NCBI RefSeq assembly: GCF_021869535.1
Contig: NW_026262679.1
Coordinates: 93,558,001 to 93,622,000, forward strand
DNA from: Mytilus californianus
Lineage: Eukaryota
Direction of reading: 5' to 3'
Length of the DNA: 64,000 nt
Shown in pieces: positions 48,641-61,998 of the stretch; positions within the stretch are counted from its first letter, which is position 1; each line of letters opens with the position of its first letter. The notes below the pieces were generated by a model. That model did not search any database. It was not told where the DNA came from and saw nothing but the letters and a program-made list of their open reading frames with translations. A program made the position numbers and the translations under genes.

Positions 48641-50740
48641 AATTCTAATTCGTAAACTCAAACGAACATAAAATATTTATCAAATAACCACAAACTCTCA
48701 CATGGGAGACGCCACTTGCAGAGACAAGTGCACATTTTATTATTCATATGTGTATAATGAAATCAATGTTTTTTGTGTAAATACACCGAACATTCTCAGC
48801 TGGTACTGGTTACCGCATACTAATGGTCAACAAATCTGAAAATAAATAATATAAATTTATTATATTATTTATTAGGAAAAGTGCTACTGTTCACTTTAAC
48901 TGCAATGACTCGAATGACTTTAGACTACCTGAATTTACTCGTGCATGAAAATATATTTTTTCAGAGTTTAGTATGATGTCCATTAGTACACATTTTTGTT
49001 TAGGGACCATCTGAAGCACGCCTCCGGTGCGGGATTTTCTCGCTATGTTGAAGACTCATTGGTGGCCTTCGACTGTTTTCTACTCTTTGGTCGGGTTGAT
49101 GTCTCTTTAACAGGTTGGGAACAACCCCCCAAATGAGGGATATCCCTTAAATGAGTGACTGTCCATCAGACAAGGGGTCATTTTACTGTTGTAGAAAAGA
49201 AAAAAGAAAAACATTATATAACATACATTTTTTAACTTATGGTTCATCATAACCTTTTTGATAATATGGCCGTATTTACACCACAAATTTTACTCTGAGT
49301 ACAGACAAACTGTGCACCTGGATAAGTTTTATGGCATGGCAGGAACTAGATAATTAAATTTTAAATGCATTTTATGTTTCAGAAAACTAGAAACTTTTCT
49401 GGATTTTGCTTTTCATTTATTTCATTCCTGTAGAAGGTGCCAAAATAAACTAAGTTGGGAAAGATATTTGAGAAGCTCCCCTCATATAATAAATGTTGTG
49501 AGTAGTATTGATTTAAATGGACAATAGACATCTGCAAACAATAGGTGATTTAAACTGTGTAACTGAGTAGACCGTATCAAATGAAACTCGTGTGTTTGTT
49601 TATTTTGCTATCTTCTGCAGACTTGAAAAAAATGCACATAAAATCCAGGTAAGTTTTTAATGTTCTGAAACATATACTACATATAACTTTTATATATTTA
49701 GGTCCTGCTATGCCTTAAAACTTTCCTAGATGCATCAGTTTGTCTGTACTCATAGTAGATTTTGAGGTGTAAACATGGCCATATTTTTAAATCAGGGGTT
49801 CAAATTAGCGGTGGTCCGAGGTCCACGAACTTGGATTTAAGGGTTAGGACCTTCCCACCGGTAATGAGGTACACCCGACGGACTTTCGTATTTTTGCAGG
49901 TTAAGAAGCTACAAAAGCATTTTGAACAAAAATATATGAAATCAAGAATAAAAATAATCTTGAAATATGCAACTTTACCGAAAGGAAACTTAAATGTATT
50001 TGATTAAATTCATCACAAATGAATTGATGTGTAGTCATGTGACCGGTCGTCGCACAAGATCCCGGGAAAATCGAGAATATAATATTAAACATAACCAGTA
50101 AACGGTATGAGTCTGTTAAATTTTGGAGTGACCCCTTTCAAGAGAAAAACTTGATGAAACAAGAGACACAAAGGGGGTGATTGGTGAAATAGGGGATACA
50201 AGGGGGTGATTGATGAAACGGCTTACCACAGCCCGATAGACAGGATCTGACTAAAGACCAAAAATATGACAGGGAAAAACAAGAACGTAAATGTTTCCCA
50301 CTAACAGTGAAAGGGAAAGTGCCTTGGTTCATTGGACAACAAAAATTTAAACTTGACCCCATAAAAAATCATGATAAAAAAAAACCACCCAGCATCTATG
50401 TATCTTTCCAAAAAAAAAGGTGGTTGTAACTTGTAAAAAACTGGCCCCAAGCGTGAAAACGAAGTTGAGCTGTTAACTGACACAAAGTTAGGCCAGTGTT
50501 GTTAAGCAGCAATTGAAACCAAACCAATTATAAAGGTACAAAGTGTTTTTTAACATGAAGCATATAGTGTTGGAAAAAGGGGAAGCCTTTTTCTGACTGA
50601 CTTTATTTAAGAAATTCAGAAAGACATGCGGTTAATGTAGTAAGATATGATGTGTGTTTTGTTATGGTAAGCATTTTCTATTTTTATCAATTGAATTTTC
50701 AAAAAAAAAATGGACCTTCTAAGAATAATGGAGGACCTTT

Positions 50741-51945
50741 AAAAGAGAGACGAAACATACCAGAGGGACAGTCAAACTCATAGATCGAAAACAAGCTGAC
50801 AACGCCATGGCCAAAAATAAAAAGACAAACAGACAAATAATATTACAGATGACACAACATAGAAAACTAAAGACTAAGCAACACGAACCCCACCAAAAAC
50901 TGGGGGTGATCTCAGGTGCTCCGGAAGGGTAAGCAGATCCTGCTCCACATGTGGCACCCGTCGTGTTGCTTATGTTATTACAAATCCGGTAAATAGTCTA
51001 ATTCGGAAAGTCACATTCGTGAAAAGGGAAGGGTATTGTAGTTACGACATAAGGAACATATCCGATATCATCTGTGAAACGGTTATTCCATAACGGTCAA
51101 CCAACTCGTGATGGCGTCCGTAAAATTTACGAAGGGATGATTTCAACTTCACCATTTGGAACTCTTGGCTTAATAGCTTCCTTGTGAGCAGCAATCCTCT
51201 ATCAAGGAAATCATGATAGGAAACACAAGCCCGGGAATATCGTATCAATTGGGAGATATATACTCCGTATGCAGGCGCTGCTGGAATGTTGCTACATAGA
51301 AATGGAAAGTTCACAATTGAGAAGCTGAAATCATCTCTTTTGTCGTAAAGTTTTGTTTTCAACCGACCCTCATTGTCAATTTCTAGATGTAAGTCAAGAT
51401 ATGAGGCAGACTTAACTGTATCTGTAGTATCCTTTATCTCTAGTTCGATGGGATAGATTCGTTCAACATAGTCACCAAATTTTGTATTATTTAGTGAGAA
51501 AACATCATCTATATAGCGGAACGTAGAGTTAAAGGATATTGCTAACTTCTTATCTTTCTTCCTAGAAGTTCCTGTATGAAGTCAGCCTCATAATAATAAA
51601 GAAACAAGTCGGCAAGAAGAGGGGCACAATTGGTTCCCATTGGAATTCCGACAGTCTGTTGAAAAACCAGTCCTCCAAACGTAACAAATATGTTGTCAAT
51701 CAAGAAATCAAGCATCTTGATAATGTCAGTTTCAGAGAATTTTTTGTATGAATCAGAGTGATTCTTTACAAAGTAGGATTTATCCCTCCCCAAGACAAGA
51801 TACTTGTATCTACGTTCGCCTTTCTTTTTAATTAAATAACGTAATACCAACGCTTTCAATTTGTCTTTGAGTTTGGAATGGGGAATACTTGTGTAAAGTG
51901 TAGAAAAGTCAAATGTTTTAATACTATTGCAAGATGAGAGAGTCT
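50741..51945 (-). mobile_element. 5'-truncated Penelope-like element, RT domain (copy 2)
   Basis: Same as copy 1. FRYIDDVF is intact here, but there is a different 1-bp deletion just upstream (ELLGRKIRS). Confidence 0.93.
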
Positions 51946-53130
51946 TAGTTAAATTCTAATTCGTTAACTCAAACGAACATAAAATATTTATCAAATAACC
52001 ACAAACTCTCACATGGGAGACGCCACTTGCAGAGACAAGTGCACATTTTATTATTCATATGTGTATAATGAAATCAATGTTTTTTGTGTAAATACACCGA
52101 ACATTCTCAGCTGGTACTGGTTACCGCATACTAATGGTCAACAAATCTGAAAATAAATAATATAAATTTATTATATTATTTATTTGGAAAAGTGCTACTG
52201 TTCACTTTAACTGCAATGGCTCGAATGACTTTAGACTACCTGAATTCACTCGTGCATGAAACTTTATACCCCATTCAAACCGACCTTACTATAAATAATC
52301 AAACACGTGCTAACTATAAACAAAAACAACACTCTTACATGTTCGACTTTTGTACAACTTTGATAAATACATATTGTATGTACTCTAAAAGATCTTTGGA
52401 ATTTTTTAGTATCCACATCTGATTCACGCCACCTCTAGAATAGGCAGTTTCACAATAACTTTGGAGCCCGGCTTTGATTGCTGATAAAATAGATGTTAAA
52501 AATTTAGAAAGAGGTTTCGTGGAGCACTTGGAAGACCCAGCAATTTACCGTTGTTTGTAAGGATACTTAAGTATCTTTGGTCAAAGGTCCTGGACCTTCC
52601 ATTGCTTAAAGTAAATTTGAACCCCTGTTAAATTCCTTTTCATGAACCTTAAAAGGGGAAAAATTCATTATATTTGGAACAACTTTTCTAAAAGAGGGGT
52701 CCAATTATTTTTAATAATAAAGAAGATATAAGTCCAGGAATATTACAAACTTCTTGGACATGTTAAATTGTTTTGACCATATAATAGTTCTTTGGGGAAG
52801 TTTCTTCAAATAATATAAATATGTGCTCATTTGTACTAAAAATTGGTTTTTACTAAAAAAAATAATTTTTATCACTTGAAATGTACCCCTCATAAAAGGG
52901 GTAGTCATTAAATTTAGGGGTTACCCCTCTTTTGAGGAGTTGTTCCCAACCTGTTTGACACATTCCCCATTTCCATTCTCAATTTTGTACCTACTTTTAT
53001 GTATACCTGAAGAACGATGAAAAAATCGGTTTTTTTGAATGGCTATCTATTTAATACAACTCGAAAATACAATTGTATATCTGGTTTTAAGGATTGTAAC
53101 TAGTACGAAACTCGAGCGTGCAGAAAAATA

Positions 53131-53597
53131 GGCTTCAGACCACAATTAATTCCCTTCGTTCGTGGTCTAGGAATATAGTTCCCAATTATCATATGGGGTA
53201 TTTTTTCCTAAGCATTCTGACTACTGTTTTCCCTGAAATGTTTACTATCATTAGTGATTCTATCAGTTGCATATAAATTGAAATAAGTAAAACATGTGGA
53301 AAAAAATTATTGTTGAAAGTAAAAGTAGTGATTTGGCCAAAATGAAAGTAGGGTAGAAATTAGCCTTCGTCATTTATTCAAGGTTTAAATCCTACCATTG
53401 GCATGTTGATATGGCTCTCAAAAGAAAAAGCACTGATGGATTGTCCTGGGACAAGCATATTTTATTCAAATAATAATGGTCTATAAGCAGTTGAATTTAT
53501 TTCATGTTTGAAGCGGTGCAATTTTTTTTTAATTCAATTTGACTTTTCCCAAAAAATGCATTGTAACCAATGGGAAGAATAATTGTGGTCTGAGGCC
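53131..53597. mobile_element. MITE with TIR GGC(T/C)TCAGACCACAATTA, copy 1
   Basis: GGCTTCAGACCACAATTA...TAATTGTGGTCTGAGGCC with TA on both flanks. Confidence 0.8.
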
Positions 53598-54454
53598 TAG
53601 GAGATGAGTTTGGACAAAACACAATTATTGTGAATAAAAGGTCTTACAGGTACAAAATGATCTTAGTCAGATTACCTTTCAAGAAAGAAAATAGAAATTA
53701 CCCAAAATTTATCAAAATAAGACATTTTGACCATATTTGGGCATATAAGGCAGAAATTAGCATTTTTTTTACAGTTAACATGATTTTTGATGAAAATTTT
53801 AGAAAACAAATTGTGAGAATGCACCACATTACTTCATTCAATCAATGAGGGTACCTTATAAATGCAATTTCAATAAGTTTTCCAAAATTGGTTTGATCCT
53901 GGGACATAACATGACTTACAAACACATTTAAACATATGTAAAGTAAAATTTCTTAAAAGTTCAAAAGTGTCAATTCTAAATTACTTTTAGTTGTTTAGAA
54001 GTAAATAACCAATAGAGATGATAGAAAGATGAAAATAAATCAACTTTTCAGTGTTAATTTACCTACAATTATGCTTTTTATGGCTGTACCCTTATCATAT
54101 TGACCAATTCTGACTTAAGAACCAGAGATATATGAATATGAAAAAAACTGGCACATAAGTGGCAGTTTGCTTTAACAGTTGTCTCATTACAACTAAATGC
54201 AAGTTATGTTTACTGGATCAAGGCATATTTTGGTAAAAAATTACTAAACAAATATTTTCTGAATAAAATTTTAACTGAATTCTTAAAACTTTGCAAAACG
54301 CATGTTCCGCAGACAGATATGCTAAAATTAAAACATTCCAAACTTTTTTAATAATTGTCAGAATGTAATAAAATTTAACATTTATACTACTAACATATCA
54401 TGCTAAGTAATTGTAAAGTTTCATAGGATTACTATAAATTTTTAAGGTCTAAAA

Positions 54455-54918
54455 GGCTTCAGACCACAATTAATTCCCTTCGTTCGTGGTCTAGGAATAT
54501 AGTTCCCAATTATTATATGGGGTATTTCTTCCTAAGTATTCTGACTACTGTTTTCTTTAAAATGTTTACTATTTAAGTGGTCCTATCAGTTGCATATATA
54601 TTGAAATAAGTAAAACATGTGGAAAAAATTGATTGTTGAAAGTGAAAGTAGTGATTTGGCCAAAATGAAAGTAGGGTAGAAATTAGCCTTCGTCAATTAT
54701 TCAAGATTCAAATCCTACCATTGGCATGTTAATATGGCTCTCAAAAGAAAAAGCACTGAAGGATTGTCCTGGGACAAGCATATTTTATTCAAATAATAAT
54801 GGTCCTATAAGCAGTTAAATTTATTTCATGTTTGAAGCGGTGCATTTTTTTTAATTCAATTTGACTTTTACCAAAAATGTATTGTTACCAATTGGAAGAA
54901 TAATTGTGGTCTGAGGCC
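54455..54918. mobile_element. MITE, copy 2
   Basis: Colinear, same-orientation copy of 53131-53597 with AAAA on both flanks. Confidence 0.8.
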
Positions 54919-54924
54919 AAAATC

Positions 54925-55254
54925 ATGCACAGGAAGTCGACAACTGTTTCTAAGATTTGGGACAAAATTCGGTGCTAATTCCGGAATTTACATAAGTAAT
55001 CAAATTAAAAATATCCCAAATGAAGCAGTGTTTGGGGAGATAGCTCTTACAAGGAAAGTGTTCAGTTAATCGTGCAGTGTCAGTTTCAAAAGTGCATTAA
55101 CTGTTTGATATCATATACCAAATATTAAAGTGGCGTACTGCAAAAGAAACAACAATACTGCGAAAGAAAGAAAAAATGGGATGAAGAAAAAAGATTATTA
55201 AAAACAGCAGATCAGAGAACAGGGACTTTCTATACTTAGTATAGAAAGTCCCTG
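54925..55254 (-). mobile_element. HINE 5' fragment with variant terminal hairpin
   Basis: Hairpin AGGGACTTTCTATAC-TTA-GTATAGAAAGTCCCT (55221-55253); the body 55036-55140 is homologous to 56220-56320 of HINE G. Confidence 0.65.
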
Positions 55255-56493
55255 CAGAGAACAATTGAAGGTTTTCCATCCAAAATGCACATGTTTTGAT
55301 AGGAAAATATTCATTTTTATTTGAAATGTCATTTCCAGTGTCAAATGATAGCTCATTGTTTGCTGATTCCAAAAACATATTGTATTTATACAATTTTGTT
55401 TGAAATAAGGGAGGTAATTTGTTACTTCCGGTCTGACAAATGTCACTTCTGTAATTATTTGATAGTTTTTTTGACACTGCTTTCAAAAAAATGTTCTATA
55501 TACTTTTACTTGAAATAAGTACAAAAAAAGCCACTTCCGGTTTACACAAGGTCACTTCCGGTGTGCTTGTTTAAATTCATATAGGTTGTAATCTAATACA
55601 CAAAGTATTACTGCTTTATGTTGTATAAATATAAACTTAAATCAAAGGTCAAAATCTAGAACGTCAAATTTACCTATGAAATTGACCTCAATTTCAAGGT
55701 CATAAACCAAGGACCTCAAATTAAAAGACCCTAGGTCTTTAATATGTATTGTTAATGAGTTATATCACTTTATGCATTATTCTAAATATAAGAGGGGCGA
55801 AAACTCCCATTTAAAGTCTACGCACCCTTTCAACCAAAATTTATGAGTAACAACATGTCGCAAATGACAATTTAATAGAAATATGTTGTCGATATCTTGT
55901 ACTGTTTTTGAAAATAAGTGAAAATAAGCCAAAATTAAAATTAAGAATATGACCTTGACCTAATTTTCATTTTTTTTGGACCAAGGACCTCAAATCAAAA
56001 GATCCTAGGTCTCTATCACCTATGATTTACCAGTTAGAAATGCATATCACTTGAATCAAATGAATAAGGGGGAATAACTCTCATATAGAGTCTCCGGAGC
56101 GCTTCGGTTAAAACCAAACTCAACATCCTGAAGATATAGCAAACAATTTGGTACAATAAAGTCATAATCTTTTTTTATGGTTGCGAAGGAGTAATGGCCA
56201 CAAGAAAAACAGTGTTTGGGGAGATAACTCCTACAAGAAAAAGTGTTCGGTTAAACATGGTCAGTTTCAAAAGCGTATAAACTATTCGATATCATATACC
56301 AAATATCTAAGAGACATCTTGTGAAACATTAATACTACGCAAGAAAAAAAAATAGGCGGAAGAAAAAAAAAAGCAATCAGAACAAAAGCAATAGGTCTTT
56401 CCACGGAAAGGTGGAAAGACCTAATAATAATAATGATAAGAAGAAGAAATACTAAAAGGTCCTTCCTTATAGTGAAAGGAAAGACCTTAATAA
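55255..56493 (-). mobile_element. HINE G, same composite family as HINE A
   Basis: Reverse complement starts TTATTAAGGTCTTTCCTTTCACTATAAGGAAGGACC like A, has a second hairpin head and a colinear body; 3' remnant AGAGAACAATTGAAGGTTTTCC at 55256. Confidence 0.8.
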
Positions 56494-57819
56494 AGCACAT
56501 TTATATGTTCCTGTTATATTGATATAACAGTAGAGAATTAATATGTTGGCATTTTTTGGGGTAGGCTTTTAGAAAACATGATAGAATAAGAGCTGTTTTA
56601 ACATACAAAATTGACCTAATTAAAATGTATTAATGATGAAGATAACTATAAAAAAGCCACATTGGAACGTCATCTTAACTCATATCGGTGATCAACCATC
56701 TTATTTACTTAGTAATCATTAACAATTCTTCGCATTCTTATTTAGAATCGAATATTGTAAGTTATTTTCAGTAGTTCAAATTTATTGTCTATATCATTCT
56801 TTTATTTTCTGCATTTTCGCAAAAAACGTCATACACACGTACATGTACGAGAAATTTTAGCATTGAAGTTAAAAGTACGAAGGAAGGGTCAAATAAAAGA
56901 TACGTTAATAAAATAGTAAAAGAACACAAGATTCAAGACATTGGTTTTTTTTTTCATCGGCAACAGAATAATGAATACTTATTTTTCAATGCTTTTTCAG
57001 TTTACATTTTTAGAATGCGTTTCTAGAAAAAAAAATTGAAGTTGTTAAAAAAAAAGATGAGAAGACTGTCCTTTTCTTACTCAATATGAAATCTGAGCTC
57101 TCGCAACCTCTCAAGAAATATCTTCTGCTGTAATGATCGAAATAGATTTCCTAAATAATAATTACTAATTTCAAAATCGTGCAAGAACTAATTGTAATAT
57201 GAAATCAACACAATTTTAACACGTTAACGAATATAACCAACACCAGTAAGACGTGTTTAAGAAAGTAGTTCGTAGTTTTTATTTTAAATTATTCCAGATT
57301 CTGTTTAAACATAAGAAAAAAGTCTTTTTTTCCCTAAAAATAAACGAAACAAAAACAATACCTATAACAAACAGCAACGCAAATCTATATTTAGAATCCA
57401 AAGGCCGTGTCAACTCAGTTAGTTTAAGGTCTGTTTGATTCACGCACTTGTGCACAACTAAATAATCTCATAAACAATAATACACAAAGTGTTCTAGAAA
57501 CGTTGAAATCATTATCAAATAAAATGTTAAGCTAGTTTTTTTGCTGATATGCGCTTCGATTCTTTTAATTTCATCCTGATGAATAAAATAATCTCATGCA
57601 TTAAATGATACCTCCAAAACAGCACGAATTGTTGAGTTACGTACCAATCGTACCTGATACGTAGCAAATCAGGAAACCTCTTATACCACATACGTTTAAA
57701 CATAACAGGTTAAAAATATTGTCAGTTTTATTTACAGTTAAATTCGAATCACAAAGGTGAAAGTCATAGGTATCGTTTGACTGGTCACTTCTTACTGTAT
57801 CGTTGCCTCTAGGGTTGTC

Positions 57820-58083
57820 CTATAAATGTTGTTTTTGGAAACGTTTACCGTTGTTATTTCTTGGCGTTAATTTTGGGTGAGCGCCTTCTTCATTGTAGTT
57901 TCGTCTCGGTTGTTGTCTTGGCATTCCCGTTTTTTGCTGATCGGTTTTCTCTGGTGGAAAAAGATCAACCCCATATATGAAGAGGCGATCTCTCCTGGAG
58001 AATGCCTTTTTTCTCTGTCTTCGTGCTTCTTGGACGAAAGGCCATAAAGTTTTTCGCCTTTCATTAATTTTTCTTGAATACAA
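57820..58083 (-). pseudogene. LINE ORF1 C-terminal remnant
   Basis: YSRKINERRKTLWPFVQEARRQRKKAFSRRDRLFIYG resembles the ERRKxL...EAR..KKA...DKL.I.G pattern of non-LTR ORF1 C-terminal domains. Confidence 0.55.
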
Positions 58084-59489
58084 CCAATTCAGCGATCATA
58101 TGAGCCTTGAGCACTTTACAATATTCTAAGTTTGTAAGAGAATGATAACCCCTTTCTTCATAAGTACTCGCCAACGCTCGACGCTTATTTATGAAGAAGA
58201 ATTATCATTCTCTTAAATATACTAGGAAGCGTTGATTTTAAAAAAGGTCCACGGTAAATGAATAGGCCGACGTCACGGCAATGGTTAAAGTAGTCGTATA
58301 CCACAGGGCATCACGGACGAGCGTTAACAGGACACGTGGAAAATAGCACTCATCTAGCCAATCTCAAAGGAAAAGAGAATCGTTGAAATGACGATCAAAC
58401 CTTAAGAAAATTTACAACGTACGCTAAATTTGCAAATCAACAGGAAAATCAGTCTTTAGGGAGATCCTAGGTATGAAGGCTAGTTAGACCGTTTAATTTG
58501 CTTGATAAAATGTTAAAAAGAAAATTTTGTAGAGCACTTACCAGAGAACAATATTGAGAGAGATTAAAACTATTATATAACATCGCCCGATTATTAACGT
58601 ATCTTCAGATAAAAGAGATTCCGAACCACTGACTGATACATTCTAATTTTTAACAAGGAAGGGTTATTCCGACGACGGAGTGGTACAACGACAATGCGGG
58701 TATTTAAGATTTAAATGCAAACAAATGTTTTGAGAAAAAAAAAGACTTTTATTAGACAATTTAAAGGCTTTGTAAGTGATATTATAAACGAAATGTATAC
58801 TACTTGTTTCAGGGAAACTTGGATTTAATTTCAAAACCTCGCCAGGTACACAAACCAAGTTTATCGGTAGACAAGGCTAGCTTTAAATTCTGTCTAACAG
58901 CATTGTTTCAGCTTTGACAGACTCTGAGGATTAGCCTCATATGAGTCTACAGTAACTTAAGTGAAGTTTAGCCAATTACGTTTTATCTACTTTCCTTGCC
59001 TTTTAAAAACTTTTAGAGCACAATTTCTACAATGAATAAATGCTCTAAACACGAAGGTCGAGTATGTCATTGCAACACAAAATTTCAGTGGCAATTTTCG
59101 GAATGGTGTGTATTACCTAATTTGCTCAACCTGCTGCAAAGAAACGTAATTACCGATCTATGAAGTTCCCGCTTGACAAACAGACGGTGATAGGCAGATG
59201 ACAATTTTAAAACTAAACCCGTATGTCTAACATTAGAATAGAAATATGGTCATCCTATGACTTCTTTGGTCCAGCAGATAAACTCTTGCTAAGGCGTGGT
59301 GTCCAAACATCTGGATATAAACATCATCAGGTAGATATGGGTAATTCTGCCAATATCCAACAACTATTGTACCTTCATTTACAGTGTCAGTTCATATGTC
59401 CTGTTCTTTCTACTTTGCAAAAACTATCAATAGTATTAATCAGAATTGTATTCTTATCCTTCTCTTGCTAAGGCGACGGTTATATGACG

Positions 59490-60085
59490 AAGCTAAGCAA
59501 GAGTTACATTTTATGCTTGAAACATCACCAAAGTGTTGAATATATAAGTATCTTGTTTCAAATGTAAAATTACAATATAATTTACGAAAATGTATTCCTC
59601 TAATGTCTTGTAAACGGGTAATGAAAATTTGTCTGTCTCACTCAATCTATGTATTGAAACTGGTCGTTTTTGTGGAATAAGCAGAAATAGTAGAATGTGT
59701 ATTATGTGTAATCTAAATGTAGTAGAGGATGAATTGCATTGTATTTTAAAATACCAAAAATACACTTATACACGTAAGAAGTTTATCAAGAATATAATTG
59801 GTCTAGACCTTCAACTTATAAGCAAGTACAATTAATTTCTGTCGAAAACGCCAATGAACTTTTGTAATTTTGGAAAGTACTATTTTATGCGTTAAAGTGC
59901 AAAAACAATATTTAAGACATATCTATAGTATATGTATTTTGAAACTCACAAACTGTTTAACATGTGACTGACATTTCTGACGTTTATATTCTTTCTTTTT
60001 TTGTTTAGTTAACGCTACACAACTTGTAAATTGTATATTTTTCCATGCTATACTTATGAACCTTATTGTTCAAAGTAATAAAGAA
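59490..60085 (+). mobile_element. LINE 3' end fragment (same superfamily as 11770-13177)
   Basis: SPKC..YKYL..LNLCIETGRFCGISRNSRMCIMCNLNVVEDELHCIL..Y...RKKFI, followed by an AT-rich tail ending AATAAAGAATTGATTTGAAAAAAA. Confidence 0.8.
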
Positions 60086-61998
60086 TTGATTTGAAAAAAA
60101 CATGCTTGATATTTGCCATTGAACATTCAGCAAGTTCTAATTAATCAATATTTTATTCTGTACACAATATGTGGACAAGAACTTCACGATCTCTCGAAAT
60201 TTTGTAAATAATAATATCTGGAAGACAAACACAAAGTACACAATTTGACGATGGCGAGTATACTGATTTCTTAGTGTTCCAACTATATTGATTTGCCTTT
60301 TAACCATAATAACCCTGTTTTGTTAAATCAATTTCACAGCACGTAATCATGCAATAAGTTTTCTTCAAAAATAATAACATATTTTACGAGCTGTTACCAC
60401 AGATTCCTAGCTACATGTACATATGTACGTATGTGGTTGTAGTTTTCAAAATATTTTTTATGTTAAAAGCGGTGTTTGGTGTGTTGTTTTGATTTATATG
60501 AATATTCCACAATGAGTGGAAACATTTATTGGTAAATCATCCTCATAACTCTGTTGGAGCAGTTTTGTGTAAAAAGAACAAACCTGTTAATGAAGTCCCA
60601 ATAGAGACATACAATACAATGACATACGTATGCACCTAGACCTACGGAACTAATTGGACTGGTTATTGCCATCCTTTACGTTTTGTTAAATACGTCATAT
60701 AAGTATTCCAAGACCAATAAAACCTTAAACTTAAATTTCGTCCATATGAAATAATATTTTGCGATGAAAAATGGTAGAAATCATGTATTTCTTATCACGT
60801 GGTTCTGCAGATTCCCGCAGAAATATCACTTTCATGGAGTACGTATAAACACATATCTTTTACCTATCATACTATTAATTTGAATTGTCTTTCAATTATT
60901 TTTTATTGTGACAATTATTTTTCAACATACGTTGCAGATGAACGTTCCATTATTCTTCATTTTGCATGCTAACTTTTTTCTCGTTATCAAATATTCATTA
61001 TCTACATGTATTAATTTTCTTTCTTTTTTTTTTTGGTGGAGGAAAGAATATTTAGAAGGATATTATTACTGACAAATTTAGATATATCGAAATTAAAATG
61101 CGTTACAGAACTTGTCTCTCAGTAAAATTTTAATTTTCAATTTTTATAGAACATCATTTCAAACTCTTCTGTCAATTATACGGAATATGAAAATTCAGTT
61201 TAGCAACAATGGCTTCCCTTTAATTTCATTATTCTTGGTGAACGAATGCTCTTTTCTTTAAAATGAAAGCCAACTAAATAATAAGTATTTATCGTACAGT
61301 ACAACCTCTGCCATACTCATCTGGTATGGTCACCATCAAATGGTGACCAGTTATTGGAGGTCACAAATGATAGGATGTTGACCATTTATTAGGGTCATAA
61401 AGTATGGGCTATTGGTCAATTTAATTAGGCTACCAGGTGAGATGCAATAATATTTATCTCTTGGGCAGTCAGATGTGAAAATGACATCCTACATGTAACT
61501 TTACCTGTACAGGTAGATAGTTCTTATCCCTGTCCAATTTCATCCGTGTTAATAAGTTTTCCTCATTGAAATGGAGGATTTTTTTCAATATTCATTAGGT
61601 TAGAAACTGATTACATGTATCAGTAGCAATGAAGTTAATTTTAATTTGAGTATGTGATAATGTATCATTCTGCATTTTCTATGTAATACAACGTAATTCC
61701 CATTCCCAAACAGTTTCATTTATATATTGTAGCATTTTCATTTGAATTTTTTTCAAAATGCTAAGGATACAGGCATTATTTTGTGACTTGTTTTTCCAAG
61801 GACTAAGTAGGGTTATAAGTCACAAAACAAAAAGTAATAGAAAAATGTTATCAGTTTTGATAAAATTGTTCTATGATTTACAAATAACTTATTTTCAATC
61901 TTTTTTCTTTAAGTACATATATACAGCGACATATAATACAATAAAAGAACTTAATAGTTAGATTTTAAAGTTTAAAAGTACAAAACACAATTAGCAAA

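Larger units (their letters stand above)
45630..52261. repeat. Tandem duplication with ~3.3 kb units (45630-48950 and 48951-52261)
   Basis: Near-identical colinear copies; offsets of shared landmarks are 3308-3319 bp because of small indels. Confidence 0.97.
46485..52627. mobile_element. hAT-like non-autonomous element nested in the outer TIR element
   Basis: 14-bp perfect TIR CAGGGGTTCAAATT (46485, also 49793) and AATTTGAACCCCTG (ending 52627); subterminal GGACC/GGTCC motifs; TTAAAT on both flanks (6 bp, versus the 8 bp expected for hAT). Confidence 0.65.
45803..52953. mobile_element. Non-autonomous TIR element (CAGG...CCTG) inserted into a dispersed repeat
   Basis: ~40-bp imperfect TIRs CAGGTTGGGAACAAC(C/T)CC(C/T)CAAA(T/A)GAGGG. 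Flanks are TTTAA and TTTGA. The host repeat resumes exactly after the right TIR. A second left end lies at 49111. Confidence 0.8.

Noticed and set aside
46454-50362. Near-identical ORF pairs (46454/49762, 46593/49901, 46808/50138)
   Set aside because: Their identity comes from the recent 3.3-kb duplication, not from selection; no recognisable motifs.
29158-56493. Idea that the Helentron extends 27 kb to the 5' hairpins at 56390-56490
   Set aside because: Those hairpins belong to HINE G, which has its own 3' end at ~55256.
57575-57600. CTGATGA motif (also CTGAAGA at ~53009 and ~13797) as further hammerheads
   Set aside because: No stem II plus GAAA plus stem I/III arrangement follows.
58150-58370. 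Hairpin TTCTTCATAA...TTATGAAGAA and a CpG-richer patch
   Set aside because: Probably the end of an unidentified repeat; no partner terminus or TSD found in the window.
58680-58830. Faint APE-like peptide (..DIINEMYTTCFRETWI) on +
   Set aside because: Only one short motif is readable, too weak to call without a profile search.
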